From NCBI GenBank assembly GCA_046328015.1, contig JAXLXH010000001.1, forward strand, positions 907,305 through 971,304: a stretch of DNA of 64,000 bases, read 5' to 3'. Source of the DNA: Candidatus Sericytochromatia bacterium. GTDB taxonomy: Bacteria; Cyanobacteriota; Sericytochromatia; UBA7694; JACMQJ01. The position numbers and the translations under genes are program-made. Below, piece by piece: positions 10,321-20,056 of this stretch; position 1 is the first letter of the stretch, and each line of letters starts with the position of its first letter. Under the pieces are notes generated by a model, which ran no database searches, had not been told where the DNA came from, and saw only the letters and a program-made list of their open reading frames with translations.

Positions 10321-10727
10321 TGGCAGTGGATCTAGGTACTAAAAGAGTTGGTGTTGCCTTAACGGATCCTCTAAATATAATAACTCAACCTTATAAAACT
10401 ATAATTTTTAGTGATAAAAAACAATTAGCTAAAGATCTTAATGAGATTATAAAAGAAAAAAATGTAGGTCTATTAGTTTTTGGTATTCCTAAAACTTTAT
10501 CTGATAAAGATTCTCAAAAAACTTTAGAAACTAAAAAATTAATAGAAGATTTAAGACCTCTTTTAGAGGAAATAGAAATTGATTTTCAAGATGAAGCTTT
10601 GACTACTACAGAAGCTCATGAAGCTATGAGAGCTATGGGTAAAAAACCAAGTAAAAATAGAGATTTGGTAGATCAAATAGCAGCTCAATTTATTTTAAAA
10701 GATTATAAAAATAGAACTAAAAGATAA
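10302..10727 (+). CDS. ruvX: Holliday junction resolvase-like protein RuvX/YqgF
   Basis: MAVDLGTKRVGVALTD... is the canonical YqgF N-terminus. The true start is probably the ATG at 10320, which overlaps the acylase stop (TAATGG). Confidence 0.85.
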   Translation: MLGKRLMAVDLGTKRVGVALTDPLNIITQPYKTIIFSDKKQLAKDLNEIIKEKNVGLLVFGIPKTLSDKDSQKTLETKKLIEDLRPLLEEIEIDFQDEALTTTEAHEAMRAMGKKPSKNRDLVDQIAAQFILKDYKNRTKR

Positions 10728-10730
10728 TTT

Positions 10731-13196
10731 TTATAGGATATTTAAGGGATCTATATCTATACCTAATCTTGTATAAGTATTTAAGTTAATTTCTTTATTA
10801 GATAGTTTTAAAAGGGTTCTTACATCATCTAAAGAATTAGTTTTAATAAGTATTTGATATCTAAAAAAACCTTTTATTTTTGGTATTCCTGCTGGTATAG
10901 GTCCTAAAATACTTTTTATTTCTGATGTTTTATTTTTTTTCAAAAAATTAGCTAAAATTTTACTATCATTTTTACAATCAGTTTCATTATTATTAGCAAT
11001 AATAATATTAACTAAGCTTGAAAATGGTGGATAATTCAAAGATTCTCTGGAAACTATTTCCTCTTTATAAAAAGCTAAAAAATCATGTTTTGAAGCAGTT
11101 TGAATACTTAAATGTTCTAAAGAATAAGCTTGAGCTATAACTTCACCCTTAGTATCACCTCTTCCTGATCTACCAGCAACTTGAGTTATTAATTGAAAAG
11201 TTCTTTCACTTGATCTAAAATCTGGTAAATTTATAGAAGTATCTGCTGTTATTACACCTACTAAAGTAACATTAGGAAAATCTAGACCTTTAGCTACCAT
11301 CTGAGTCCCAATTAAAATATCATATTCTCCATGAGAAAAATTATTTAAAACTTCAAAATGAGAATCTTTATTAACCGTAGTATCTCTGTCTAACCTTGCT
11401 ATTTTAGCATTTGGAAAAAGTTTTTGAGCAAAAGTTTCTATTTTTTGTGTTCCAACTCCAAAATGTCTAATATTTAAACTTTTACAATTTGGACAACTTG
11501 ACGGAATATTTTTGGTATCACCACAATAGTGGCATTTTAAAATTTCTGGATTATTGTGATATACCATAGAAACTGAGCAATTTTGACATTTTACACAAAA
11601 ACCACATTCTCGACACATAACAAAGGTAGAAAATCCTCTTCTATTTATAAATAAAATAATTTGTTCTTTTTTTGTCAAACGCTCTTCTATAGCTAATTTT
11701 AATTCTCTGCTAAAAATACCCTTATTACCTTCAGAAAATTCATCTTTCATATTTACTAGTTTTATTATAGGCATAATTTGATTTTTTACTCTATTAGGAA
11801 GTTCAATTAGTTTATACTTAGTATTATTTAGCGAATTATAATAAGTTTCTATACTAGGCGTAGCACTACCCAAAATTATAGTAGCATTATCTAATTCAGC
11901 TCTTTTTATTGCTACAGTTTTAGCATTATATCTAGGGTTATTATCTTGTTTATAAGAACTTTCATGTTCTTCGTCTATTACTATTACACCCAAATTTTCT
12001 ACTGGTGCAAAAATAGCCGATCTAGCTCCTATAATTATTTTAGCTAAACCATGTTTTATTCTTTGCCACTCATCAAATTTTTCGCCTTCATTTAGAGAGC
12101 TATGTAAAACAGCAATACAATCTCCAAATCTCTGTCTAAATCTTGAAACAGTTTGTGGAGTTAGTGATATTTCTGGAACTAATACAATAGCAGTTTTACC
12201 TTCATCCAAAACATAATTTATACAAGACATATAAACTTCTGTTTTTCCACTACCTGTAACTCCATGTAAAAGTATATTTGTATTTTTATTATCAGAGTCT
12301 CTAATTTTTATAAAAGCATCTAAAGCTTTTTGTTGCTCTGTATTTAAAGAAAAAATACTTTTATTTTTTACAGTATAATCTTGAGGTTTTCTTAAAACTA
12401 TTTTTTTTGAAATTTCTATACAATTTTTTTCTTCTAAATGTTTTAGTAAAAAATCACTAGTTTTAAAATCTTTTAATACATCTCTTAATTTTATATAACC
12501 GCTATTTTTTCTTATTAATTCAAGAATTTCTTCTTCTCTTTTGGTAAGCTCATCAGAGCTTTTTAAAAAAGTAACATATAAATGTTTTTTATGTTTAGAT
12601 TTATTTTCAAAAATAAAATTAGTTTTTATATAATCTATTTCTAATAATTTTCTTGTAAATCTAGTATAACCAGTTCCAAAATTGACTCTTAAGGTTGAAG
12701 TTTTAGCTGTTTTTTTTTCTAGTAAATATTCACAAAATTCTTGAAATTTACCTTTTGTATTTAATTCTATATAATCTTTAAACTCCTCTCCTGATACTTT
12801 TAGTTCTATTTCTTTTTTTACTTGAGTTAAAATTCCAGAAGGAATACTACTTTTTAGAACTTGTAAAAAACTAGCATAATAATAATCTGAAATCCATTTT
12901 ACTAATTCTATATATTTTTCTGGTAAAATCTGATTTTCACTAGCAGATAAGATTTCTTTTATAGTAATTTCTTCATCTAAATTATGTTCATTTTTTAGTT
13001 CTACAACATATCCTCCAACTTGATTTTCTTTTATTGGGACAATAACAGGAGTGCCTAAAAATATTTTATTTTCTAAATAAGTGGGTATTTTATATAAAAA
13101 AGTTTGGTTTTCTAAATCTGTATAAGCATCTATAAGTACTTCTGCGTATTGATAATTCATTTTATTATTTTTAGCCCTTTTTAAGTTTATAAGCAA
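10731..13196 (-). CDS. priA: Primosomal protein N' (replication restart helicase PriA)
   Basis: 821 aa. Walker A GVTGSGKTEVY, DEAH-like VIDEEHESS, two Cys4 zinc-finger clusters (CRECGFCVKCQNC ... CHYCGD...CPNC). Confidence 0.9.
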   Translation of the reverse strand: MLINLKRAKNNKMNYQYAEVLIDAYTDLENQTFLYKIPTYLENKIFLGTPVIVPIKENQVGGYVVELKNEHNLDEEITIKEILSASENQILPEKYIELVKWISDYYYASFLQVLKSSIPSGILTQVKKEIELKVSGEEFKDYIELNTKGKFQEFCEYLLEKKTAKTSTLRVNFGTGYTRFTRKLLEIDYIKTNFIFENKSKHKKHLYVTFLKSSDELTKREEEILELIRKNSGYIKLRDVLKDFKTSDFLLKHLEEKNCIEISKKIVLRKPQDYTVKNKSIFSLNTEQQKALDAFIKIRDSDNKNTNILLHGVTGSGKTEVYMSCINYVLDEGKTAIVLVPEISLTPQTVSRFRQRFGDCIAVLHSSLNEGEKFDEWQRIKHGLAKIIIGARSAIFAPVENLGVIVIDEEHESSYKQDNNPRYNAKTVAIKRAELDNATIILGSATPSIETYYNSLNNTKYKLIELPNRVKNQIMPIIKLVNMKDEFSEGNKGIFSRELKLAIEERLTKKEQIILFINRRGFSTFVMCRECGFCVKCQNCSVSMVYHNNPEILKCHYCGDTKNIPSSCPNCKSLNIRHFGVGTQKIETFAQKLFPNAKIARLDRDTTVNKDSHFEVLNNFSHGEYDILIGTQMVAKGLDFPNVTLVGVITADTSINLPDFRSSERTFQLITQVAGRSGRGDTKGEVIAQAYSLEHLSIQTASKHDFLAFYKEEIVSRESLNYPPFSSLVNIIIANNNETDCKNDSKILANFLKKNKTSEIKSILGPIPAGIPKIKGFFRYQILIKTNSLDDVRTLLKLSNKEINLNTYTRLGIDIDPLNIL

Positions 13197-13197
13197 A

Positions 13198-13240
13198 AAG
13201 TGAAAAGTTAGGAAATATTTTCTTTGAACTTTTCACTTAA
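13198..13240. repeat. REP-like intergenic repeat, family 1 (GTGAAAAGTTAG core as an inverted pair)
   Basis: AAGTGAAAAGTTAGG...GAACTTTTCAC. The same core is seen at eight other loci in the window. Confidence 0.6.
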
Positions 13241-13465
13241 TACTTTATTATTATTTTTTTACAGTCTCATTATTTTTTATTAAATCGTTATATATTTCCA
13301 AATCGCTTTGTGGATATTTAACGCCATCAAGTTTTCCCATGATTTTTACCTCGTTTTAATTATACAACGTTTTTGGAACACCATTGTTCATTAAAAACAG
13401 CCTATATTTTTACATAATATTATAAAAAAAGTCAAGAGGGACTATCACATTTTAAGGTGTTTTTT

Positions 13466-13535
13466 TAGTGAAAAGTGAGAAGTAGAGAACTTGTAATACT
13501 TCAACAAACTCAGTAGACAATCATGAATCGAAACA
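13466..13535. repeat. REP-like intergenic repeat, family 1 (GTGAAAAGTGAGAAG plus an ACTTCAACAAACTCAGTAGACAATC unit)
   Basis: Shares both the A-unit and the B-unit with copies at 21270, 32538 and 39585. Confidence 0.6.
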
Positions 13536-13631
13536 TCACTATTTTCAAAATTTAATTATTTTCTACAGTAAAAAAAGAACTAGTAAAAATAGGACTAGTA
13601 AAATCTGCACTTGTTATAGAATATAGTATAA

Positions 13632-14600
13632 TTGAGTGATAAAAAATATTGGGTTATAAAAATGACAGATTATCATGATTTAGGCTATAGAAAACTATTT
13701 AAAAGTAAAACCATTTTTACACAATTTTTAAAAACCTTTGTAAAAGAAGAATTTGTAGAAAAAATAGATTTTAATGAGTTAGAATACATAAATAAAACAT
13801 ATATATCAAAAAATTATCAAAAAACAGAAAGTGATGTAATTTATAAAACAAAAATACAAGATAAGGAAGCATATTTATATGTTTTATTAGAATTTCAATC
13901 TACAGTTGATAATTTTATGGCTTTAAGATGTTTGAACTATATTACCAATTTTTATATAGATTTATTACTTGAAAATAAGTATTTAGAATATTTACCTCCT
14001 ATTTTTCCTATTGTTTTATATAATGGAGATAAAAAATGGACAGCCCCCGAAAATATATCAAGTTTGATAAAAAACAATAAATTATTAGGAAAATATGGAA
14101 TAAATTTTAGATATTTAAAAATAGCAGAAAATGAGTATAAAAAAGAAGATTTAATAAAAATAAAAAATATAGTATCAAATCTTTTTATGGCAGAAGCACA
14201 TTTTGATATAGATGAAATGATAGAAGAAATCTCTAATTTGGCTGATTCTGAAACCGATAAAGAAGCATTAGATTTTTTTATTAATTGGTTTAAAAACAAG
14301 GCTATTTATGGTAAAATAGACTATGAGTATGAGAGAATTGAAGAGGCTTATTTGAGTAAAATAGAGGTAAAACAAGTGCTTTTAGAAGTTGTAAAAGAAA
14401 AACATGAAAAAATAAAGCTTGAAGGTAAACTTGAAGGAGAATCTATTGGCATTCAAAAAGGTAAACTTGAAGGCAAAATTGAAGGTATAGAATTAACAGC
14501 TATAAATATGATAAAAAAAGGCTGTGATAATTCTTTTATAAATGAAATAACTGGCTTAAGTTTTGAAAAAATTGAAGAACTAAGAAAAAATATCTCTTAA
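13632..14600 (+). CDS. Rpn-family recombination-promoting nuclease / putative transposase (YhgA-like, PDDEXK_7)
   Basis: DVIYKTKIQDKEAYLYVLLEFQSTVDNFMALRCLNYITNFY matches the YhgA/Rpn conserved core. The C-terminus has internal GKLEG repeats. Confidence 0.8.
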   Translation: MSDKKYWVIKMTDYHDLGYRKLFKSKTIFTQFLKTFVKEEFVEKIDFNELEYINKTYISKNYQKTESDVIYKTKIQDKEAYLYVLLEFQSTVDNFMALRCLNYITNFYIDLLLENKYLEYLPPIFPIVLYNGDKKWTAPENISSLIKNNKLLGKYGINFRYLKIAENEYKKEDLIKIKNIVSNLFMAEAHFDIDEMIEEISNLADSETDKEALDFFINWFKNKAIYGKIDYEYERIEEAYLSKIEVKQVLLEVVKEKHEKIKLEGKLEGESIGIQKGKLEGKIEGIELTAINMIKKGCDNSFINEITGLSFEKIEELRKNIS

Positions 14601-14792
14601 AAATAGAGGTAAAACAAGTGCTTTTAGAAGTTGTAAAAGAAAAACATGAAAAAATAAAGCTTGAAGGTAAACTTGAAGGTATAGAATTAACAGCTATAAA
14701 TATGATAAAAAATAATGAACCTAATGATAAAATAGCACTTTATACAGGTTTAACTATAGAAAAAATTGAATCTCTAAGAAAAAACAATTAGT
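14601..14792 (+). pseudogene. Tandem, internally deleted duplicate of the last ~250 nt of the rpn-like gene
   Basis: 14601-14700 is near-identical to 14351-14600 (AAATAGAGGTAAAACAAGTGCTTTTAGAAGTTGTAAAAGAAAAACATGAAAAAATAAAGCTTGAAGG...), then diverges. No independent start context. Confidence 0.55.
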
Positions 14793-14808
14793 ATACAAAT
14801 AGTTAAAG

Positions 14809-14836
14809 AAGTTATGCAAAACGTTTTGCATAACTT
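14809..14836 (+). terminator. Perfect 12+12 palindrome (GTTATGCAAAAC/GTTTTGCATAAC) followed by TTTTACTTTTAC
   Basis: Read directly. Sits after the rpn gene and its fragments. Confidence 0.5.
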
Positions 14837-14849
14837 TTACTTTTACTTA

Positions 14850-14960
14850 TGAGTTAAAAAAAATTATCAACTCTCAACTAAAAAACAAAAAAATTCACCT
14901 CTTTATAATTTTAGGTAAAAACATATAAATAGCAAACTACCTTATAACTAAAAATCTTGT
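14850..14960. repeat. About 100-nt non-coding element also present at 32682-32790 (shared blocks CAACTAAAAAA, ATAATTTTAGGTAAAA, TACCTTATAACTA)
   Basis: Block-wise similarity between the two loci, judged by eye. Confidence 0.45.
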
Positions 14961-15083
14961 TAATCATAAAAATCATTTGTTAATCAAAGTTCAGACAATA
15001 ATCCTGTAAATCCTGAAGTCATTCTCATGAAAATGGGAACAGACAATCATAAAAAATCTGCATAATCTACTTCAAAAATAGAG

Positions 15084-15150
15084 GTGAAACAAGTGCTTTT
15101 AGAAGCTGTAAAAGAAAAACATAATAAAATTACACTTCAAACTTTTATTC
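15084..15150 (+). pseudogene. Second decayed remnant of the rpn 3' segment (AAAATAGAGGTGAAACAAGTGCTTTTAGAAGCTGTAAAAGAAAAACAT...)
   Basis: Matches 14351-14420 with several substitutions. The track ORF 15084..15395 is an artefact that starts in this remnant. Confidence 0.45.
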
Positions 15151-15151
15151 A

Positions 15152-15814
15152 TCATATTCTATTTTTAAAATCCTTAAATTTTTCAAATTTCTTTCTATTG
15201 TCTTTTCTTATTATTTCATTATATTTACATACATCTTTAAATTTTATTCCATTTGATTTTCTTAATTTATCAAATTTTTTCCTACTAGTCCTAAATTTTT
15301 CTGGTATTTTTCTAAAAACGTGTAATGGTAAATCAAATTCGGGTTTTATTTTTATATATTTTCCATTTTTAAATATTGATAAAAGTCCCCAATAAAATAA
15401 GCAAAAAGTATAATTATCTTCATCACATACAAATGCCGTCCAACCAACGGCTATCATACTCTCTTTATCATATACACTTACCCAAGCATACTCTTGTATA
15501 TATCCATCCATACATTTATATAAACTTGGACTTTCTCCATGAGCGTCAGACCAATCTAAAATTAATTCTTTTTCTTCTATGTTTATATAAAAAGATAAAT
15601 CTTTTATAAGCTGTTTATTTACTTCTTTCTTTAGTTCTTTTCCATGACGATATAATTTTTTTCTAGTTATTAATAATTTATCAAGTTCTTTATTTAAAAA
15701 ACTAACTTTTTTAAAGTTATTTAAAGCAATTTCTTTATCTATTTCATTATATAAATCTAATATTAATTGTTCATGTTTTTCTTCTTCATCACTTAGAAAT
15801 TCTGACCAAATCAT
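15152..15814 (-). CDS. Hypothetical protein, 220 aa
   Basis: ORF with no recognisable motif. Confidence 0.5.
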   Translation of the reverse strand: MIWSEFLSDEEEKHEQLILDLYNEIDKEIALNNFKKVSFLNKELDKLLITRKKLYRHGKELKKEVNKQLIKDLSFYINIEEKELILDWSDAHGESPSLYKCMDGYIQEYAWVSVYDKESMIAVGWTAFVCDEDNYTFCLFYWGLLSIFKNGKYIKIKPEFDLPLHVFRKIPEKFRTSRKKFDKLRKSNGIKFKDVCKYNEIIRKDNRKKFEKFKDFKNRI

Positions 15815-15844
15815 ATTATAAATTATTCATTGTTCAAACAATTT

Positions 15845-17161
15845 TTACTGTTTTTTCTCATCCATATTAGATGCAGAACTAGAAGGTATTGGAGTTACCG
15901 TTGTACTTGGTAAAAGACTAGGTTTTATAGTAGGTTTTACACTAGGCTTTATATTTATAACTTTATTTTCTACTTTTTTAGCTATTTTTTCTTCAGGTAT
16001 CTTACCAATTATAGAACTAGCTCCATTTCTCATTTTAATTAATTTTTTTACTAAATCCCAATTAACTTTTTTATCCCACTCATAATCTGTTAAAATAGTT
16101 TTAGCCAATCCTTCAAAATCAACATTTTTATAATATATATTATTAAAAACTTCCATTCTAATATTATTTTTTTCATCAAGATTTATTTTTATTGGTTGAT
16201 AAATTATTTTTACTGGCAAATCTTTTTTTACATTTTTAAATAATACTTCAGCATTTTCAGATTTCATTCTCATACATCCATGACTAGCAGCCGAACCTAT
16301 ACTCCAAGGAGAGGTTGTAGAATGAATACCCAACCCTCCACCTAAAGACATAAACCATCTTCCAAGTGGATTTCCTGGCCCTGCTGGGATTTCTTTTATA
16401 ACAGTTTGTCCTCTTTCTTTCATTTCATTTTGTATAGAAATAGGTACATACCAAGTAGGATCTTTTACTTTTTCTTCGATTTTAAAATCTCCTGTAGGTG
16501 TTTGCCATCTAGAAGAAGGAACTCCTACTGCTACTCCATAAGACATTAATAATTTTCCATTTTGGAAATAATAAAGTTTGGTTTCTGGAATATTAACTAT
16601 AATTCCCTCAAAATTTGAAGCTGGATTAATTGTTTTATCCACTATCAGTTTTTGACCTATAATTAAAAAAGGTGATTCTAAATTATTCATTTTCATCAAT
16701 TCTTTTGTTGTTTTGTTGTATTTAAGGGCTATTTTTTTTAATTCATCATGAGGTTTTACTACATACTCTGTAACAACTAATTTTCCAGGGTGTAAAAAAT
16801 ATTTGGTAGAATTTTTAATGTTTAGTTTTTTATCTTCTTTTTTGGTTTCTTTTACTTCTTTTTTTATTGGAGTGGTAGTTTTTATAGGTTTTTTAGAGGG
16901 TTCTATACTACTTTTAGGAGTTGGAGTAACTACTGGTGTTTCAAATGGAGTTGGAGTCCATATTGCAGAGGGAGTTGATGTTGGTGTTGGTATAGGGCTT
17001 GGTGTTTTTTTTATATTTTCTTCCAAATCTTTTGCTTTTTTTTCTAATTCTTCTATAGATGAATTAGAAGGTATAGGAGTAGGTTTATTTTCTTCTGCAT
17101 AAGCTCCTATAGAAGTACTAACCAAAATAAAAGAAGTGAGACACCATAACTTAGTTTTCAT
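15845..17161 (-). CDS. L,D-transpeptidase (YkuD domain) with LysM domain, Pro/Thr-rich linker and signal peptide
   Basis: Catalytic motif SHGCMRM, LysM-like segment VKPHDELKKIALKYNKTTKELMKMNNL, N-terminal signal peptide. Confidence 0.85.
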   Translation of the reverse strand: MKTKLWCLTSFILVSTSIGAYAEENKPTPIPSNSSIEELEKKAKDLEENIKKTPSPIPTPTSTPSAIWTPTPFETPVVTPTPKSSIEPSKKPIKTTTPIKKEVKETKKEDKKLNIKNSTKYFLHPGKLVVTEYVVKPHDELKKIALKYNKTTKELMKMNNLESPFLIIGQKLIVDKTINPASNFEGIIVNIPETKLYYFQNGKLLMSYGVAVGVPSSRWQTPTGDFKIEEKVKDPTWYVPISIQNEMKERGQTVIKEIPAGPGNPLGRWFMSLGGGLGIHSTTSPWSIGSAASHGCMRMKSENAEVLFKNVKKDLPVKIIYQPIKINLDEKNNIRMEVFNNIYYKNVDFEGLAKTILTDYEWDKKVNWDLVKKLIKMRNGASSIIGKIPEEKIAKKVENKVINIKPSVKPTIKPSLLPSTTVTPIPSSSASNMDEKKQ

Positions 17162-17368
17162 TATTTTTAAATCTATAATTCAAATATTACATAAAATATT
17201 ACAAAAATAATATTCTAACTTATTTTTTAAATTAAAGTTGTATCATTTTTACAAGTATATTGCTTAAGAAAAAAAAGTTTATATTTTTTAACAATTTAAT
17301 TCTTTTTTAAAAAGAAAGTTTAAAGGTGTTTCAAGTTATAATTAAAAAAAGCAAGTTAAAATTTAACC

Positions 17369-18424
17369 ATGAAAAAATACAAATTTAAAAAAATAAATTT
17401 TATTTACCCGTTAATAGCTGTATTAATTGGGTGTAGTAATATTGCAGATAATTCTGAAATTTCTTCTAAATCTTCTATTCAAAGTAATGAAGATACTTTA
17501 TCTCCAAATACAATAAAAGTATGGGAAGAACATCTTAGCCAAGTTAAATATTCAGGAGAAATACAAAAAGGTTGCGAACCTATTTTAAAAAAAGCTGAAG
17601 GTAAAGCTTTGGGTAGTGTAGTTTTATTTCATGGTTATAGTGCTTGTCCACAACAATTTAATAAAATAGCTGATATTTTAGCTAAAAAAAATTATAATGT
17701 TTTTGTACCTCTTTTACCTGGTCATGGTAAAACACAAGTAAAAGTATCTGGTAAATTAATAGATGATTCTTCTGGATTACCAGAAACTAGTTCTGTATAT
17801 CTTTATGATAATTTTGCTCATAGTATAGGAGCTTTATTAAAAGACGAACAAGGTTCAAAAGTTGTTTCTGGTCTATCTGTTGGTGGAGTTGTTGCTACCA
17901 AAGTTATGTTAGATTATCCAGAAGTTTATGATAGAGGAATTCTTTTTGCTCCATTTTTTAATGCTTCAGGAGTTTTAAGTGCTTTAATTCCTGCTGTTAA
18001 TACAATAGTACCTAATAAAAGAATGAGCTGGGGAAATGAATGTGAATTCAAAAGAACTTTGGGTAGAGCAGGATATTGTGATTTTAAAATTGAAAATATT
18101 GCAGCCGCAAGAAAATTTGGAACAGAAACACTAAAACATGTTTCTTTAATAAAAAAGCCTATTCAAATTGTTGGGGTAGAAAGTGATCCTGCTGCTTCAA
18201 ATTCAGCCATTGCAGATGCAGTTAAAAATATGCCAAATTCTAAAGGATGTTTTTTAGAAAAAGGTACTCCACATTCTATGTTATCAAAAGAAGATAACCC
18301 TACTAATCCTATGTTTTGGTTAAAACCAGTAGAAGACCAATTAGTTGATTTTGTTAGTACTGGTAAAAACTTTGTTGAAGTAGGTAAATCTCAACATAAC
18401 TTAGGTTTGTGCAAATCTAGTTAA
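17369..18424 (+). CDS. Alpha/beta-hydrolase fold lipoprotein (esterase/lipase-like), paralog 1
   Basis: Lipobox LIGC. HGYSACPQQF...PLLPGHGK. Nucleophile-elbow-like GLSVGG. Confidence 0.7.
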   Translation: MKKYKFKKINFIYPLIAVLIGCSNIADNSEISSKSSIQSNEDTLSPNTIKVWEEHLSQVKYSGEIQKGCEPILKKAEGKALGSVVLFHGYSACPQQFNKIADILAKKNYNVFVPLLPGHGKTQVKVSGKLIDDSSGLPETSSVYLYDNFAHSIGALLKDEQGSKVVSGLSVGGVVATKVMLDYPEVYDRGILFAPFFNASGVLSALIPAVNTIVPNKRMSWGNECEFKRTLGRAGYCDFKIENIAAARKFGTETLKHVSLIKKPIQIVGVESDPAASNSAIADAVKNMPNSKGCFLEKGTPHSMLSKEDNPTNPMFWLKPVEDQLVDFVSTGKNFVEVGKSQHNLGLCKSS

Positions 18425-18426
18425 TA

Positions 18427-19458
18427 ATGAAATTTATAATTAGTTCTTTTTTAATATCATTACTAAGTTATAACTCTATAAGTAATAATAATTTTTCTGA
18501 AGAACTAAATAATCCATATACCAAAGAAAATTTAACTCCTAATACTTTAAAAATATGGGAAGAACATCTTAAACAAGTAGAAAAATTAGGAGAATTACAA
18601 AGCGAATGTGAACCTTTTTATAAATTAGCAGAAGGAAAAACTCTTGGGAATGTTTTGTTTTTTCATGGTTATACTGCTTGTCCACAGCAATTTAAGGACA
18701 TTTCAGAAATTTTAGCTAAAAAAGGCTATAATGTTTTTGTTCCTCTTTTACCTGGTCATGGTAAAGTTTCTAATTTGGTAAATAATGAAATAATAGATGA
18801 TGATTCTTTGCTTCCAGAAGTAAAAGATATAGCTATTTATGATAATTTTGCTAAAAATATGGGAGCTTTATTAAAAGATGAAAATGGTGAAAAAATTATA
18901 GGTGGCTTATCAGTTGGAGGAGTTATAGCTGCTAAAGCTCTAATTTATAATCAATCTTATTATGATAGAGCTGTATTAATGACTCCTTTTTTTAGTGCAG
19001 CTGGAGATATAAGTCCTTTTATTCCTTTTATAGGTGCAATTATTCCTAATACTAGAATGAGTTGGGGAGAAGATTGTGAAGAACAAAGAAGGTTAGGAAG
19101 AAGTGGCTATTGTAATTTTAAAATAGGTAAAGTCGCAGCTGTAAGAAAATTTGGAACAGAAACTTTAAAACAAGTAAATAAAATTACAAAACCTGTTCAG
19201 ATATTAGGTGTAGAAGATGATCCTGCTGCATCTAACTCTGCTATAGCTGAAGCTATAAAAAATATTCCTAATGCAAAAGGTTGTTTATTTAAAAAAGGGA
19301 CTCCACATTCTATGTTATCCAGAAAAGACAACCCACATTCTAACTTATTTTGGCTAAATGCTTTGGAAGAACAATTAGTTGATTTTATAGACTACGGAAA
19401 AAATTTTGATGAAATTGGTAGCTCTCAAAATAATTTACCTGCTTGTAGATATGAGTAA
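18427..19458 (+). CDS. Alpha/beta-hydrolase fold protein, tandem paralog 2
   Basis: About half the residues are identical to the upstream gene over the full length, with the same HGYTACPQQF, GLSVGG and Cys positions. Only 3 nt separate the two genes. Confidence 0.7.
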   Translation: MKFIISSFLISLLSYNSISNNNFSEELNNPYTKENLTPNTLKIWEEHLKQVEKLGELQSECEPFYKLAEGKTLGNVLFFHGYTACPQQFKDISEILAKKGYNVFVPLLPGHGKVSNLVNNEIIDDDSLLPEVKDIAIYDNFAKNMGALLKDENGEKIIGGLSVGGVIAAKALIYNQSYYDRAVLMTPFFSAAGDISPFIPFIGAIIPNTRMSWGEDCEEQRRLGRSGYCNFKIGKVAAVRKFGTETLKQVNKITKPVQILGVEDDPAASNSAIAEAIKNIPNAKGCLFKKGTPHSMLSRKDNPHSNLFWLNALEEQLVDFIDYGKNFDEIGSSQNNLPACRYE

Positions 19459-19564
19459 TTAAAAAAATTAGATTATTTCCAATTTAAACTATCAAAAAAT
19501 ATTTACATTATTTTTGCTAAAGTGGTATAATAAGATTAAAATTTGGTTAAAGAGGGAATAAATT

Positions 19565-20041
19565 TTGAGTAACAAAGATAATAATTTTGGCGACCAATAT
19601 GTAAAGATGCCTTCAGGTAAGCCATTACCTAAAATAACAAAACTCACTGTTTCAGAAAAACAAGAAGCACCAAAAGAAGAAAAAAAAGTAGTAGAACCAC
19701 CTAAAATAGAAGTAAAAAAACCAGAAGCTCAACCTCAGTTACCAAAAGTCCCTAAATTTATAAAAAAAGATGCTGAATTAGAAAAAGAAATAGTAAAAAT
19801 AATTCAAGAAGTTCCTAAAGCTGAATTAGATAGAATTTTAAAACCAACTCAAGTTGATAAAGAAAGACTTTCTAAAATGGATTTCCAAAGTAGAAGTGAT
19901 ATGTCTGATGAAGAGAAAAAAGATTTTATCGAACAAATACAAAAAAGAGAACCAGAACCTGAGGTAGCACAAATGAATGGAGCCTTGGTTTGGAAATGGC
20001 AACAAAACAGAAAAACAGGCGACAATAAGGGTAAAAAATAA
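19565..20041 (+). CDS. Hypothetical Lys/Glu/Pro-rich protein, cassette 1 gene A, TTG start
   Basis: RBS AGAGGGA 7 nt before TTG. C-terminal ...LVWKWQQNRK is paralogous to the C-terminus of the gene at 35867..36457. Confidence 0.5.
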   Translation: MSNKDNNFGDQYVKMPSGKPLPKITKLTVSEKQEAPKEEKKVVEPPKIEVKKPEAQPQLPKVPKFIKKDAELEKEIVKIIQEVPKAELDRILKPTQVDKERLSKMDFQSRSDMSDEEKKDFIEQIQKREPEPEVAQMNGALVWKWQQNRKTGDNKGKK

Positions 20042-20056
20042 TCGGGTAAAATAATC

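Noticed and set aside
13632-14600. Considered calling the Rpn-like gene an IS transposase or mobile element
   Set aside because: No terminal inverted repeats or target-site duplication bracketing the gene could be identified. Rpn/YhgA-like proteins are usually chromosomal nucleases, so it is annotated as a CDS.
15084-15609. Track ORFs 15084..15395 and 15376..15609
   Set aside because: The first starts inside a decayed rpn fragment and runs antisense through 15152..15814. The second is antisense within the same gene. Both are low-complexity.
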